64,000 bases of DNA, taken from contig JAOAAY010000004.1 of the NCBI GenBank assembly GCA_026418615.1, positions 32,874 to 96,873 of the forward strand, written 5' to 3'. Each line of letters begins with the position of its first letter. The stretch's first letter is position 1. This document shows positions 20,957-30,721 of this stretch, piece by piece. The position numbers and the translations under genes are program-made. The stretch is from Candidatus Sumerlaeaceae bacterium. Its GTDB lineage: Bacteria > Sumerlaeota > Sumerlaeia > Sumerlaeales > Sumerlaeaceae. Under the pieces are notes generated by a model. It saw only the letters and a list, made by a program, of their open reading frames with translations, ran no database searches and was not told the DNA's origin.

Positions 20957-21041
20957 GTCGCTCCGTGCAGCGGGAAACTCAGATATTTAAACAGATCTTC
21001 TGCGCATGACACGATGCGCGTCAACCCGCGACTTACCCCGG

Positions 21042-22316
21042 CTATCGCGCCTGATTGGGGCGCGACTCGCGCGTGCCGCCAAGCAGCCACCCTAACCCGG
21101 CCACAGGCGGCCGCGGTGTCTCGTTGTTCGTGACTGCGGCCGGAGCCGGCGGCGTGGCTTCGGCCTGGGTCTTGCGGTATTTCGAGAAAAACATATACCG
21201 CTCCACGACCAGAATGCCGACCCCAAGGAGCAAAACGACCAGCATGGCAGCCGCGACCGTCATCAACCGCTGTTTGATGCGGTCCGCCGATTCCCGGATG
21301 AGCGGGCCGAGCCGAATCCGCACCTGAGCGTCGAGTTCCGAAGCGACAAGCGTCGACACCTGCCGCGGCAACTGCTTGTCGAGCACCTCGGCCAGTGTGC
21401 TCTCGGTCATGTCGGCAATTAAATCCTTTGCCATGCGCGGAACCAGTTTCTGCGCCGCGGCCTCGATGATCGAAACAACCTTTTGCGAAGCATCCGGCAC
21501 GAGGTTTTCGGCCTCCTTCTGGACGCGCCGCTGGACTTCCTTCGGCAGCATCTGATCCAGGCTCGCCTGAAGGTGCTCGCGGAGCATCGGCGGCAGCACC
21601 TGCTCTGCAGCGCGGCGCACGGCCTTTTCCGTCTCCTCGCGCAAGATGACATCAATGGATTCTGTGACGCGCCGCTCCGCAAGTTTCTCGATCATCGAGC
21701 GAGCCACTTCCTGAACGGTCATCTTGACGAGTTCCTGCTCCTTCTCGGCCGTCAACTGGCTGACGCGCTGCTCAACCTCGCGCCGTGCGCGATAATCCAC
21801 CTGGGAAACGACCATTTGCAGGGCGCGCTCGGTGATGATTTGCGTGCGCTGCTCGACGGCCTCCTGCAAGGTGGCCTCTGCCAACTGCTGCATCATGCGC
21901 TCGGCGGCGGCTTTGAGGTGGAGGCGTCCCTCCTCCAGCACCCGCTTCTCCTCGAGCAGCGTCGCCACCTTGCGCGCGAGTACCTCCGGCTCAAACGGCT
22001 TGCGGATGAATCCGTTGGCCCCCAACAGGTCCACGCTTTCGCTGTCCGAGGTTTCATCATCCGGAACCAAAAGCAGGACAGGTTTGTCAAAGAATTCCGC
22101 ATCAGTCCTGAGCGCCCGCGTGAGTTCGGCGCCGCTCAACTCCTTGAGCGATCGGTCAATGACCAGCAGGGCCACTTGGGACAGTTCCGGATAGGCGAGC
22201 GCCGCGATGCCGTTGGCCGCCGCGGCTACACGGTAGCCTTTCATTTCCAGCACACTGCGGCACATGTCCTGAATGGCCGCGCTCTCGTCCACCACGAGGA
22301 TCAATTCACCTGCCAT
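21042..22316 (-). CDS. response regulator: receiver domain, long coiled-coil, and C-terminal transmembrane anchor
   Basis: The receiver domain reads LILVVDESAAIQDMCRSVLEMKGYRVAAAANGIAALA...LLVIDRSL (phospho-Asp) ...GANGFIRKPF. About 250 aa of heptad-rich coiled-coil follow. A terminal hydrophobic helix reads LMTVAAAMLVVLLLGVGILVV. Confidence 0.75.
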   Translation of the reverse strand: MAGELILVVDESAAIQDMCRSVLEMKGYRVAAAANGIAALAYPELSQVALLVIDRSLKELSGAELTRALRTDAEFFDKPVLLLVPDDETSDSESVDLLGANGFIRKPFEPEVLARKVATLLEEKRVLEEGRLHLKAAAERMMQQLAEATLQEAVEQRTQIITERALQMVVSQVDYRARREVEQRVSQLTAEKEQELVKMTVQEVARSMIEKLAERRVTESIDVILREETEKAVRRAAEQVLPPMLREHLQASLDQMLPKEVQRRVQKEAENLVPDASQKVVSIIEAAAQKLVPRMAKDLIADMTESTLAEVLDKQLPRQVSTLVASELDAQVRIRLGPLIRESADRIKQRLMTVAAAMLVVLLLGVGILVVERYMFFSKYRKTQAEATPPAPAAVTNNETPRPPVAGLGWLLGGTRESRPNQAR

Positions 22317-22337
22317 CCGGGCGCCTCCTTGGGGTCA

Positions 22338-23702
22338 TCAGCCGAACACCTTCGCCGTCAGGTCGTCGAAAGTAAAATCGGCCAAAAGCATGATGGTCGC
22401 CCGCCGGCGCCATTCATCAAAAGCCTGTGAGAACAGGTCATGGGCTGCCTTGGGCCCCAGCCGCTGAGCGGCAAGCACATAAAGCATTTTCAAGCATCGG
22501 GTGACGGCCTCAAGCGTCTCGGCATAGGAACCCTTGAAAGCCCCCTCCACGCCGGCCCGCTCCACGAAACGGTCGAAACGGCCCGAATCCAGCCGGTTGC
22601 CCGACGCCGTAACCAGATCCGCCCGCGGACAAACCGTCACGGCCGTGCGCCAACATTGCTCCGCGAGATGATCGTCTGCTTGCCCCGTATAAAAGTTGGG
22701 ATCCGACACCAGACGGCGAATGAGATTGTTGGTCAGATCGGTCAAACACGCCACGGAGTTCGGGTAATGTAGGGCTGGCTCCGGCTCCGGCGGAGGCGCT
22801 GCCGCAGGAACTCCACCGTCCGGTTGCGGCACATCCCGCCGACGCGAAAACAGCGCCAGCAGACGCGCGGAGGTGGTGCCGGGTTGGGAGGCTTTCGGCC
22901 TCGGAGTATTCGGGCCGGATTCGCCTTTCATCCCCTGCATCATGACTGGCGGGCCGGCAACCGGCGGCTCCACGGGTGCCGTCTCTTTCTCCAACCGGAT
23001 CAGCCCCGCCGCTAGAAAAGAGTTGAGGATGCGGCAAGTCTCGAACCGGCCGACCCCGCTGCGCTGACAGATGGACTCGACCGTGCTGAAGCCGTTGATC
23101 AGCGACAAGACGCGCCACTCGTCGGGCGTCAGGTTGTCAATGTCGAGATCGGCCCGACCGCCGACCCGAACCACCGACGGCACCGCCGCTTCGCTCGGGA
23201 TATTTTTCACGATGCGGGCCCACTCGTCCTCCCGCCTCGCGCCCTCCATGACCAGACGGTCCACATCCAGTTCCACCACCGCCGGGCCGACTTCCTGCTC
23301 GCTGGAATGCTCAAACTTGAAGGTGCCTTCTCTCAGCGCAAAAAGGTCGTACACCTCTTCTTCAACCTGCAGGCGTATGGCCTGCGACAACTGCTCCCGG
23401 GTGAGAAGCCCCTGATCCACCAGCAAGTCGCCCAGAGGCGGCTGGCGCAAGGAGCGCTCCTGCTTCAGGATGGCCTCCTCCACATCACGCCGCGACACAA
23501 GACCGCGCGTCACCAGCATGTAACCCAGTTTTCGGGGACGCTCCACACTCGACGAGTTGACAACCCGTCCGGCACGGATCCCGATCCGCACAACCTTCTC
23601 GCCGTGCGTGACCGTAAGCGACCCGGTTAGGCGGTTCATGCCAACGAATTGCAGTACTTCAGGCAGGCTGACTGCAGAGTCGAGGCGTCCCTCAAGTTCC
23701 AT
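22338..23702 (-). CDS. DUF4388 (PatA-N-like) domain protein with tandem MshEN/T2SSE_N-type c-di-GMP-binding motifs
   Basis: N-terminus GRLDSAVSLPEVLQFVGMNRLTGSLTV matches DUF4388. The two 24-residue motifs KLGYMLVTRGLVSRRDVEEAILKQ and PLGDLLVDQGLLTREQLSQAIRLQ fit the MshEN consensus RLGxxLVxxGLIxxxxLxxALxxQ. Confidence 0.7.
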   Translation of the reverse strand: MELEGRLDSAVSLPEVLQFVGMNRLTGSLTVTHGEKVVRIGIRAGRVVNSSSVERPRKLGYMLVTRGLVSRRDVEEAILKQERSLRQPPLGDLLVDQGLLTREQLSQAIRLQVEEEVYDLFALREGTFKFEHSSEQEVGPAVVELDVDRLVMEGARREDEWARIVKNIPSEAAVPSVVRVGGRADLDIDNLTPDEWRVLSLINGFSTVESICQRSGVGRFETCRILNSFLAAGLIRLEKETAPVEPPVAGPPVMMQGMKGESGPNTPRPKASQPGTTSARLLALFSRRRDVPQPDGGVPAAAPPPEPEPALHYPNSVACLTDLTNNLIRRLVSDPNFYTGQADDHLAEQCWRTAVTVCPRADLVTASGNRLDSGRFDRFVERAGVEGAFKGSYAETLEAVTRCLKMLYVLAAQRLGPKAAHDLFSQAFDEWRRRATIMLLADFTFDDLTAKVFG

Positions 23703-23763
23703 GGGATAGTGACGCTAACCGAACCGCCAAACGGCTCGCAATTCGTTTTTGGCGGCCCGCCGC

Positions 23764-24669
23764 CTACTGCGATCCGACGGCCGCCCGACGCCGGACGGGA
23801 ACGGCCACGACCATTTCGTCGTCATCACCAGGCCCCCCCGCACGCGACGCCACTCCGGGGGACGCAGAAACCTTGGCCGGCTGGCCGTCCTTAGCCCGGA
23901 CTGGCCGCGCAGAGCCGCGACGCGGCAGGGGTTGAGCGGTTTCGGGAACGGCTGCCGTTTCCGCCGCCGCGTCGCCCTCGCTGTCCCCGCCCTCGGCGCT
24001 GACAGCCGTGCCCACAGGCGCGCGATCAACTCCGGCTCGCTGCATCAGCGCCAGGATCGCGTCGGATTTCGCAAAAACCGCATGATCCCACGGGTCTTTC
24101 TGGCTGAGAATGCCCTGCACGCGTCCTTCCTGATCAAGCACCGGCCCGCCCGAGTACCCCTGTCGTACCTTGGCGGAACTCATGGCAAATCCCGGCATGA
24201 CTTGCTCGCGCATCACACTGCCGTGGGAAATCCGGTACCGGTCCGGAAAATGCCCGACAATCGTGACCTCATCGCCTGCCCGCAGCCGGAACGGGACGAC
24301 CGGCAGCGGCTCGACATTGGCCGGTTTGGACACCTTGAGCAGCAACAGATCGTTGCGCGCATCGCGTGCCACCACGCGCGCCGGCATCCGGTGGCCGGTC
24401 CGGGTGTCAACAAAATAGTCGGTCGTCGGAGATTCCCCCAGCGGCGTCGGTATCCGGCTCATATGGTGGCAGGTCAAAACCAAACCCGGAGCCACAAAAA
24501 AACCTGTCGCCGTGGCACTGGCCATGCCAAAGCCGGCCTTGCGAACCTGCGCTGTCACCAGCACGCACGCCTCGCGCGTCGTGTCATCAAGGGATGGGCT
24601 CGCGCAACCGGATGGCAGCCCTACTACGATCAGCGCTGCAACTAGCAGCAACCGGAACGGGTTCATCAT
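23764..24669 (-). CDS. trypsin-like serine protease (S1 family, HtrA/DegP-like catalytic domain without PDZ)
   Basis: Signal peptide. Catalytic triad context: LVLTCHHM (His), NDLLLLKV (Asp), GYSGGPVLDQEGRVQGI (Ser). Confidence 0.8.
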   Translation of the reverse strand: MMNPFRLLLVAALIVVGLPSGCASPSLDDTTREACVLVTAQVRKAGFGMASATATGFFVAPGLVLTCHHMSRIPTPLGESPTTDYFVDTRTGHRMPARVVARDARNDLLLLKVSKPANVEPLPVVPFRLRAGDEVTIVGHFPDRYRISHGSVMREQVMPGFAMSSAKVRQGYSGGPVLDQEGRVQGILSQKDPWDHAVFAKSDAILALMQRAGVDRAPVGTAVSAEGGDSEGDAAAETAAVPETAQPLPRRGSARPVRAKDGQPAKVSASPGVASRAGGPGDDDEMVVAVPVRRRAAVGSQ

Positions 24670-24882
24670 CTACACTTTCAGCAGCAGCGTCGAGCGTTAC
24701 GGATAACCCTGCCGGCAGGGGAAACGCAAGGGTGATAACGCAGCCAGCACGGCAAAACTCCGAAACACCTTTCCGGCCGCACGGGAGGAAAAACGAACAA
24801 ACTGTTCGTGGCGAAAACGACTGGAGGATCCCGTCGTCCCCCCTGCCGGGGACTGCCCAACAGTAATGCGCTTGGCCGGGAT

Positions 24883-25377
24883 CTACAGCGCGGGCGGAGG
24901 CGGGGCCGCCGACGGTTTCTTGATGTTCACAAGATCAACATCAAAAATCAGCGTAGCGTTGGGCGGGATGTTGGGTCGCCGTCCGATACTGCCATAGCCG
25001 TGCTGGGGCGGCACGATCAAACGCCGTTTGCCGCCGACGCGCATCCCGCGCACCCCCTCGCTCAGCCCGCCGATTACATCGGCCGAGCCGACGCGGAAAG
25101 TGATGGGCTGCGGAAGGATGCGTTCGCGCGAGCGCTCGAAAACCTTGCCGTCCGCAAGGCTGCCCACATAGTGCAGTTGCACCATGCTGTCGGTGGTCGC
25201 CTCCTCGCCCGTGCCAATGACCTCGTCTACATATTCGATCCCGCTCGGCAGGGTGACGGTCGTGCCGGTCGTGGCGGCGCCAGTATCGGCACCGCGGGCC
25301 TCGGCGCCCAAAACGGCACACCAAAATATGCACACGGCTCCCATGCGCCAAAACATGCCATTATGTGTCATCATCAT
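24883..25377 (-). CDS. FKBP-type peptidyl-prolyl cis-trans isomerase (secreted)
   Basis: FKBP-domain motifs GSADVIGGLSEGVRGMRVGGKRRLIVPPQHGYG and ATLIFDVDLVNI. N-terminal signal peptide. Confidence 0.85.
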   Translation of the reverse strand: MMMTHNGMFWRMGAVCIFWCAVLGAEARGADTGAATTGTTVTLPSGIEYVDEVIGTGEEATTDSMVQLHYVGSLADGKVFERSRERILPQPITFRVGSADVIGGLSEGVRGMRVGGKRRLIVPPQHGYGSIGRRPNIPPNATLIFDVDLVNIKKPSAAPPPPAL

Positions 25378-25431
25378 TGCTCTCCACCTTACCTCTCACG
25401 CGCGCACACCATCCACTCGACCTTAGCGGCG

Positions 25432-26316
25432 TCAACCGTAACGGGCCGAGATCGCTCCCTTCGCCCTCCGCGCCAGCAGCAAGGCGCTAAACACAGCAAA
25501 CTGAACCACAACGATGGCCGCGCCCGTCGGCCAGTCCGTAGCCCATGAGATGCCCAGCCCCGCGATCGTGGTTGTCACGCCGGCCACCACCGACAGGATG
25601 ACCATCCAGCGAAACCGGCGGGCCACCAACTGGGCCGTGGCTCCGGGCAGGATCAAAAACGCACTGACAAGAATGATCCCGACCATGCGCACTGAGACGA
25701 TAATCATCAGCGAGAGCGTTACGAGCAGGAAGTAATGCAGAAATCGCACCGGAATGCCCGAGACGGCCGCCATGTCCTCGTCGAACGCATAATAGAGCAG
25801 TTCCTTCTGCAGCAGCAGCAGCGGCAGGGCAACGGCCGCCCCGAGCACCGAAATGACAACCAGTTCCCGCCCAGTCAGCGCCACGATGCTGCCAAAGAGA
25901 TAACTGTACAAATCGCGGTTGTAGCCGGGTGTCAGTTTGAAAAAGATTACGCCGGCCGCCATCGAAACGACAAAGAAAATGCCGATCACACTGTCGCCCG
26001 CGAGATTCGAATGGTGCGTTGTGGCGGCGATCAGAAAGGCCACCACGAGACAAAAAATCAGCGCCGTAGCATAAATTTTGGCGTCGGCAGCCGCCGTGCC
26101 GGCGAACAGCCATGCGCCAAGCGCGATACCTCCAAACGCGCTGTGCGAGATGCCCTGACCGATGAAGGCCATCCGCTTGAGGACCACATAAACCGACAGC
26201 AGCGAGCATACCGCCGCGATGATCAGACCGCCGGCAATGGCGCGCCGCCAAAAATCATAGACCATTATGTCGTGCAGCAGTTGCGTCATCCCGTCTCTTG
26301 CCGTCGCCGACGACAC
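25432..26316 (-). CDS. ABC-3 family metal (Mn/Zn/Fe) ABC transporter permease
   Basis: 294 aa, eight TM helices, ZnuB/MntB-like sequence (HDIMVYDFWRRAIAGGLIIAAVCSLLSVYVVLKRMAFIGQGISHSAFGGIALG). No ATPase or SBP is adjacent. Confidence 0.8.
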   Translation of the reverse strand: MSSATARDGMTQLLHDIMVYDFWRRAIAGGLIIAAVCSLLSVYVVLKRMAFIGQGISHSAFGGIALGAWLFAGTAAADAKIYATALIFCLVVAFLIAATTHHSNLAGDSVIGIFFVVSMAAGVIFFKLTPGYNRDLYSYLFGSIVALTGRELVVISVLGAAVALPLLLLQKELLYYAFDEDMAAVSGIPVRFLHYFLLVTLSLMIIVSVRMVGIILVSAFLILPGATAQLVARRFRWMVILSVVAGVTTTIAGLGISWATDWPTGAAIVVVQFAVFSALLLARRAKGAISARYG

Positions 26317-26372
26317 GAGCCGTCCCGCATCGTGTCAACGCAACTAGGAAATCCGCAGAACCCGTGCGGGCC

Positions 26373-27473
26373 TCACGGGGCGTTGGCAAGTTGCTGCGCC
26401 GGCTCAACCATGGGGAGAAACGCGTCCACCACATCCGGATCAAACAGAACCCCCCGGTTTTCACGCAGGTATTCGGCAGCCTTGGCGGGCGAAATCGCGC
26501 TGCGGTACGGCCGGTCCGAGGTGAGAGCGTCCCAGACATCCACCACCGCAAAGATGCGCGCCGCCAGCGGGATTTCCTCGCCCTTAAGCCCCGCCGGGTA
26601 GCCTGACCCGTCCCAGCGCTCGTGATGGGCGCGCGGAATGGCCAGCGCCGGCTCAAGGAACTCGACCCCCGCCAGCATTTCGCATGCGCGCAGCGTGTGC
26701 TGACGCATGATTTCCCGCTCCTCGTCACAAAGAGGTCCCGGCTTGGACAGGATCGAGTCGGGAACGGCCATCTTGCCAATATCGTGCAGCAGCGCGCCCC
26801 GGCGGATATGGACGATTTCTCCCTCCGCAAGACCAAGCGCGCGTGCCAGCGCCACCGTCTGTTCCGCCACCCGCCGCGTATGCCCGTGTGTTACCGGATC
26901 GCGGATTTCGAGCGCAATGGCCCACCCTTCGATGGTTTGCTCGTAAGCATCGCTTAGTTCGCGGTAAAGTCGCGCGTTCAGAATCGAAGTCCCGACATGG
27001 TTGGCGACAATCTGCAAATACTCGAGATCCGTCTGCTTAAAGGTGCGGCCGGAGTTCACTGCATAGACGCCGAGCACTCCCACCGCCTGATTGCGCACGA
27101 GCATGGGCGCGCCAGCGTAAGCCTCGAATCGAAACTGAGACGAGCCTTGCGAGCAATCCCACGAGGTCGTGATCGCGTGGGTGCTGGCATTATTGATGCA
27201 TAGAGGTTGCTGCTGGGTTAGCAAGTACTGGGCAATACCCGAGTGCGGCGACATGCTCGGCATCAGCCGCGACGGCTCCACTCCGGAGCAGGCCAGCAGA
27301 TGCAGTTGACCATCGCGCAATTCGCGCAGGATGGCGGCATCCGCCGCAAACGCATCGCGCAGGTGCTCGGCCGCTTCCTGCATCTGAACATGAAAAGGAG
27401 CCGTGCCGACAACAAGTGCCGACACGCGCGAAATGAGCGCGATGCGGCTGGTGAGATCGGATTGCTGCTTCAT
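26373..27473 (-). CDS. GAF domain-containing HD-GYP phosphodiesterase (c-di-GMP hydrolysis)
   Basis: N-terminal GAF-like region. HD-GYP signature HDIGKMAVP ... HHERWDGSGYP. Confidence 0.85.
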   Translation of the reverse strand: MKQQSDLTSRIALISRVSALVVGTAPFHVQMQEAAEHLRDAFAADAAILRELRDGQLHLLACSGVEPSRLMPSMSPHSGIAQYLLTQQQPLCINNASTHAITTSWDCSQGSSQFRFEAYAGAPMLVRNQAVGVLGVYAVNSGRTFKQTDLEYLQIVANHVGTSILNARLYRELSDAYEQTIEGWAIALEIRDPVTHGHTRRVAEQTVALARALGLAEGEIVHIRRGALLHDIGKMAVPDSILSKPGPLCDEEREIMRQHTLRACEMLAGVEFLEPALAIPRAHHERWDGSGYPAGLKGEEIPLAARIFAVVDVWDALTSDRPYRSAISPAKAAEYLRENRGVLFDPDVVDAFLPMVEPAQQLANAP

Positions 27474-27703
27474 GCTCTCAACACCCTATCGTCCTGCGTC
27501 GGCGTGCCGTCCTGCGTCGTTGCCCTGAGCCAAGCCTGCCCCAAAAACGAGACCATGCTTGTACCCGTCCCGAGCGAAAAAAACAACTTTAAACCTTAGG
27601 GTTACCGCACGGAGAAAAGCCGGCTGGGACTTCACAGTGTGACGCACGCACAAGCCTGAATTCGCTTGGCAGTCCCTTTCCGCCGCGCCACGAAACGGAG
27701 CCG

Positions 27704-29236
27704 ATGCTTGCCCGCGTGTTCAGTCAGGCCGTGTTCGGTGTGGACGCTTTCCTCGTGGAAGTGGAGGTGGATGTCTCCGGCGGGAAAGATCAGTTCAACA
27801 CCGTGGGGCTGCCCGACGCAGCCGTGAAAGAAAGCAAGGACCGCGTCAAAGCGGCTGTCCAGAATTCCGGCTTTGCCTATCCGCGCGAGCACATCACCGT
27901 CAATCTTGCCCCCGCAGACATGCGCAAGGAGGGGCCGGCGCTGGATCTGCCCATCGCGCTCGGCCTGCTTGCCGCCATGCAAAAGGTGGATCCGGCGCCG
28001 TTGCGCGAGCACGCATTCGTGGGCGAACTCTCCCTCGACGGCGCCGTCAAGCCCGTCGCCGGCATCCTGCCACTCGCACTGGGCGCGCGGGCCTCAGGCT
28101 TCCGGGCCATAGCGGTTCCGCCGGACAACGCCGCCGAGGCCGCCGTCGTGGACGGCATCGAGGTCATCCCGATCGCCTCCTTGCGTCAGGCGGTGAACTA
28201 CCTCAACGGCCGCGAGCACCTCACGCCCCATCGCGTGGACTTGGCCGAGGTCTTCACCCGCCGCCAGCACGACGCGCCCGATTTTGCCGATGTCAAAGGT
28301 CAGGAGGGCGCCAAACGCGCCCTCGAAATCGCCGCCGCCGGTGGCCACAATGTTGTCATGATCGGACCGCCCGGAAGCGGCAAAACCATGCTGGCCAAGC
28401 GCTTGCCTTCCATCTTGCCCGACATGACTCTGGAGGAGAGCATCGAGACCACCAAAATCCATTCCGTGGCCGGCCAGATCGCAGCACGCGAAAGCCTCGT
28501 CGCCGTGCGACCTTTCCGCTCGCCCCACCACACGATTTCCAACATCGCCATGATCGGCGGCGGCGCCGTTCCGCGTCCGGGCGAGGTCAGCCTTGCCCAC
28601 AACGGCGTCCTGTTTCTCGACGAAATGCCGGAGTTCGGACGCACCGTCCTCGAAGTCCTGCGCCAGCCGCTCGAGGACGGCACGGTCAATATCTCCCGTG
28701 CCTCCATGAGCCTGTCGTTCCCCGCGCGTTTCATCCTCGTCGGCTCGATGAATCCGTGCCCGTGCGGCTATGCCACGGATCCCACCCGCGCCTGCCAGTG
28801 CCTGCCCGTGCAGGTCCAGAAATATCGCAACCGCCTGAGCGGCCCGCTCATGGACCGCATCGACCTGCATATTGATGTCCCCGCCGTCAGCGTTCGCGAA
28901 CTGGCGCGACGCGACGGCCACGGCGAGCCGAGCGCCCAGATCCGACAGCGCGTCAACGCTGCCCGCGACCGCCAGCGCGCCCGCTACGCCAGCCTCCCCG
29001 GCGTGTACTGCAACGCGCACCTCTCCACAAAACAGATCAAACGCTTCTGCCCCCTCGACGAGGCGTCCGCCTCGATGCTGGAAAAAGCCCTGACAGCCCT
29101 GGGGTTCTCCGCCCGCGCCTACGACCGCATCATCAAGGTCGCCCGTACGATCGCCGATCTGGCCGGCGCCGAGAAAATCGCCGCTGAACACATCGCGGAG
29201 GCCATCAACTACCGGTCGCTGGATCGCGGAATCTGA
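27704..29236 (+). CDS. comM: Mg-chelatase-like AAA+ ATPase YifB/ComM family
   Basis: N-terminal Lon-protease-like domain (VFGVDAFLVEVEVDVS), Walker A GPPGSGKTM, Walker B VLFLDEMPEF. 510 aa. Confidence 0.9.
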   Translation: MLARVFSQAVFGVDAFLVEVEVDVSGGKDQFNTVGLPDAAVKESKDRVKAAVQNSGFAYPREHITVNLAPADMRKEGPALDLPIALGLLAAMQKVDPAPLREHAFVGELSLDGAVKPVAGILPLALGARASGFRAIAVPPDNAAEAAVVDGIEVIPIASLRQAVNYLNGREHLTPHRVDLAEVFTRRQHDAPDFADVKGQEGAKRALEIAAAGGHNVVMIGPPGSGKTMLAKRLPSILPDMTLEESIETTKIHSVAGQIAARESLVAVRPFRSPHHTISNIAMIGGGAVPRPGEVSLAHNGVLFLDEMPEFGRTVLEVLRQPLEDGTVNISRASMSLSFPARFILVGSMNPCPCGYATDPTRACQCLPVQVQKYRNRLSGPLMDRIDLHIDVPAVSVRELARRDGHGEPSAQIRQRVNAARDRQRARYASLPGVYCNAHLSTKQIKRFCPLDEASASMLEKALTALGFSARAYDRIIKVARTIADLAGAEKIAAEHIAEAINYRSLDRGI

Positions 29237-29335
29237 GCGCCCAGGTCACCCGCTGGCGGGGGACGCTTTCGCCCGGCTTTGACGGACCGCCGACGCACTT
29301 GTCCCGTGCGGCGTCTTGAAAGCGTCCGCGTGCGC

Positions 29336-30394
29336 TCAAACCCTGATGGGGTAGTCCCCCAGCCGCTGGCAGGCTTCGAGCATGGTTATGTAATTTTCGT
29401 ACTTCGCGTAGTCGGGCACACTGTTGCTCGAGCCGAGCGCGTAGCCGCCGCCGGGAGCAGCGCGGCGCAGCCGGTCGCGGACGAGCGCCTCCACCTGCTC
29501 CGGAGTCCCGCGCGCCAGCGTGTCCACCTCAATGCTGCCCAGCACGGCCAGCCGCCCGCACGCGCGCTCTTTCACCTCAGCCACATCCATGGATTTCGGC
29601 TCGATGGGATGCAGCGAGGTCACCCCGCACGCAATCAGGTCCTCCAGCACCTCCCAAAGCACCCCGTCGCTGTGGTAGAGGAACGGGATGCCGCGCGCCC
29701 GGCACAGCGCACCAATCTTCGCCACCCATGGGAACAAATGCTGGCGGTAAACTTTCGGGCTGACCATCAGCCCCCCCGTATAGGCAAGGTCGTCCGAATA
29801 CCAAAGCGCCTGCACCCTCGGAAACTCCGCCATGTGCTCAAACAAATGATAGATGAGCGCCCCAACGCACTGAAACAGCGCCTCGACCAGTTCCGGCTGC
29901 TCGAAAAGCGCCATGGCAAAGTTCTCGAATCCCATGACCTCCCAGACAAAAGTAAATATGTCGCCATATTGCCCGATGACAGCCATCTCATCCGGCAGAA
30001 TGCGCTCGGCCTCCTCGAAGCGCGCGTAACTCACCGTGTCAGGGTCCGGCCAGGGGAACTGCTCGAAATCCTCCATCGAGCGGATTGCCCCCTCGCCCTC
30101 CGCGGCCCAGTTGCGGTCCATGGCTGTCTTGGTCGCACCCATGTGGGGAACCACGCGCTTCCAACCCGGGCTCAACGAGATGCCGGGCTGCAACTTGATG
30201 TAGTCGTAACCCGCCCGCCGCGCAAATTCGATCTCGTCCGCCACCGAAATGCACGGACGACCGATCGCCTCTGATTTCCAGATCGGGTGAACTCCCAACT
30301 CGATGAGCGGCACACAATCCGGCTCGCCCTCGCACAACAGCGCACGCCGCAACCGCTGCCAGTCGGGCTTGCGTGTCAAATGATCCAATGTCAT
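29336..30394 (-). CDS. uroporphyrinogen decarboxylase (URO-D) family protein, MtaA-like paralog 2
   Basis: 352 aa, URO-D family fold composition (…ALWYSDDLAYTGGLMVSPKVYRQHLFP…FLYHSDGVLWEVLEDLIACGVTSLHPIEP…). Similar in length and architecture to the ORF at 41665. Confidence 0.7.
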   Translation of the reverse strand: MTLDHLTRKPDWQRLRRALLCEGEPDCVPLIELGVHPIWKSEAIGRPCISVADEIEFARRAGYDYIKLQPGISLSPGWKRVVPHMGATKTAMDRNWAAEGEGAIRSMEDFEQFPWPDPDTVSYARFEEAERILPDEMAVIGQYGDIFTFVWEVMGFENFAMALFEQPELVEALFQCVGALIYHLFEHMAEFPRVQALWYSDDLAYTGGLMVSPKVYRQHLFPWVAKIGALCRARGIPFLYHSDGVLWEVLEDLIACGVTSLHPIEPKSMDVAEVKERACGRLAVLGSIEVDTLARGTPEQVEALVRDRLRRAAPGGGYALGSSNSVPDYAKYENYITMLEACQRLGDYPIRV

Positions 30395-30721
30395 CCGAAC
30401 ATGACCCTCCCCTGCAAGAAAAACTCACGACCCCCATGCCTTTGTCCCGAAACACCGTACAGGCAAGCACTTGATGACAAAAATCTGGCTGGCAATCACC
30501 AACCGGGCCGGGCACCGTTTCCGGCCGACGGCCATTCATCACGAGGCCTTTTCTTGTTCGTAAAAAACGCAGTCGCCACGCAGCCGCGAACGAAAAAACG
30601 CAAGTCCGGGCGCTCACACTCGTCTAAATTGTCAGCACGACACGATTGTTGCTGCCCTGCCGTCGCTTTGATAACAGATGATCTCATGGCTGGGCGAATC
30701 TTAAGACGGAGAGCGTAGGCA

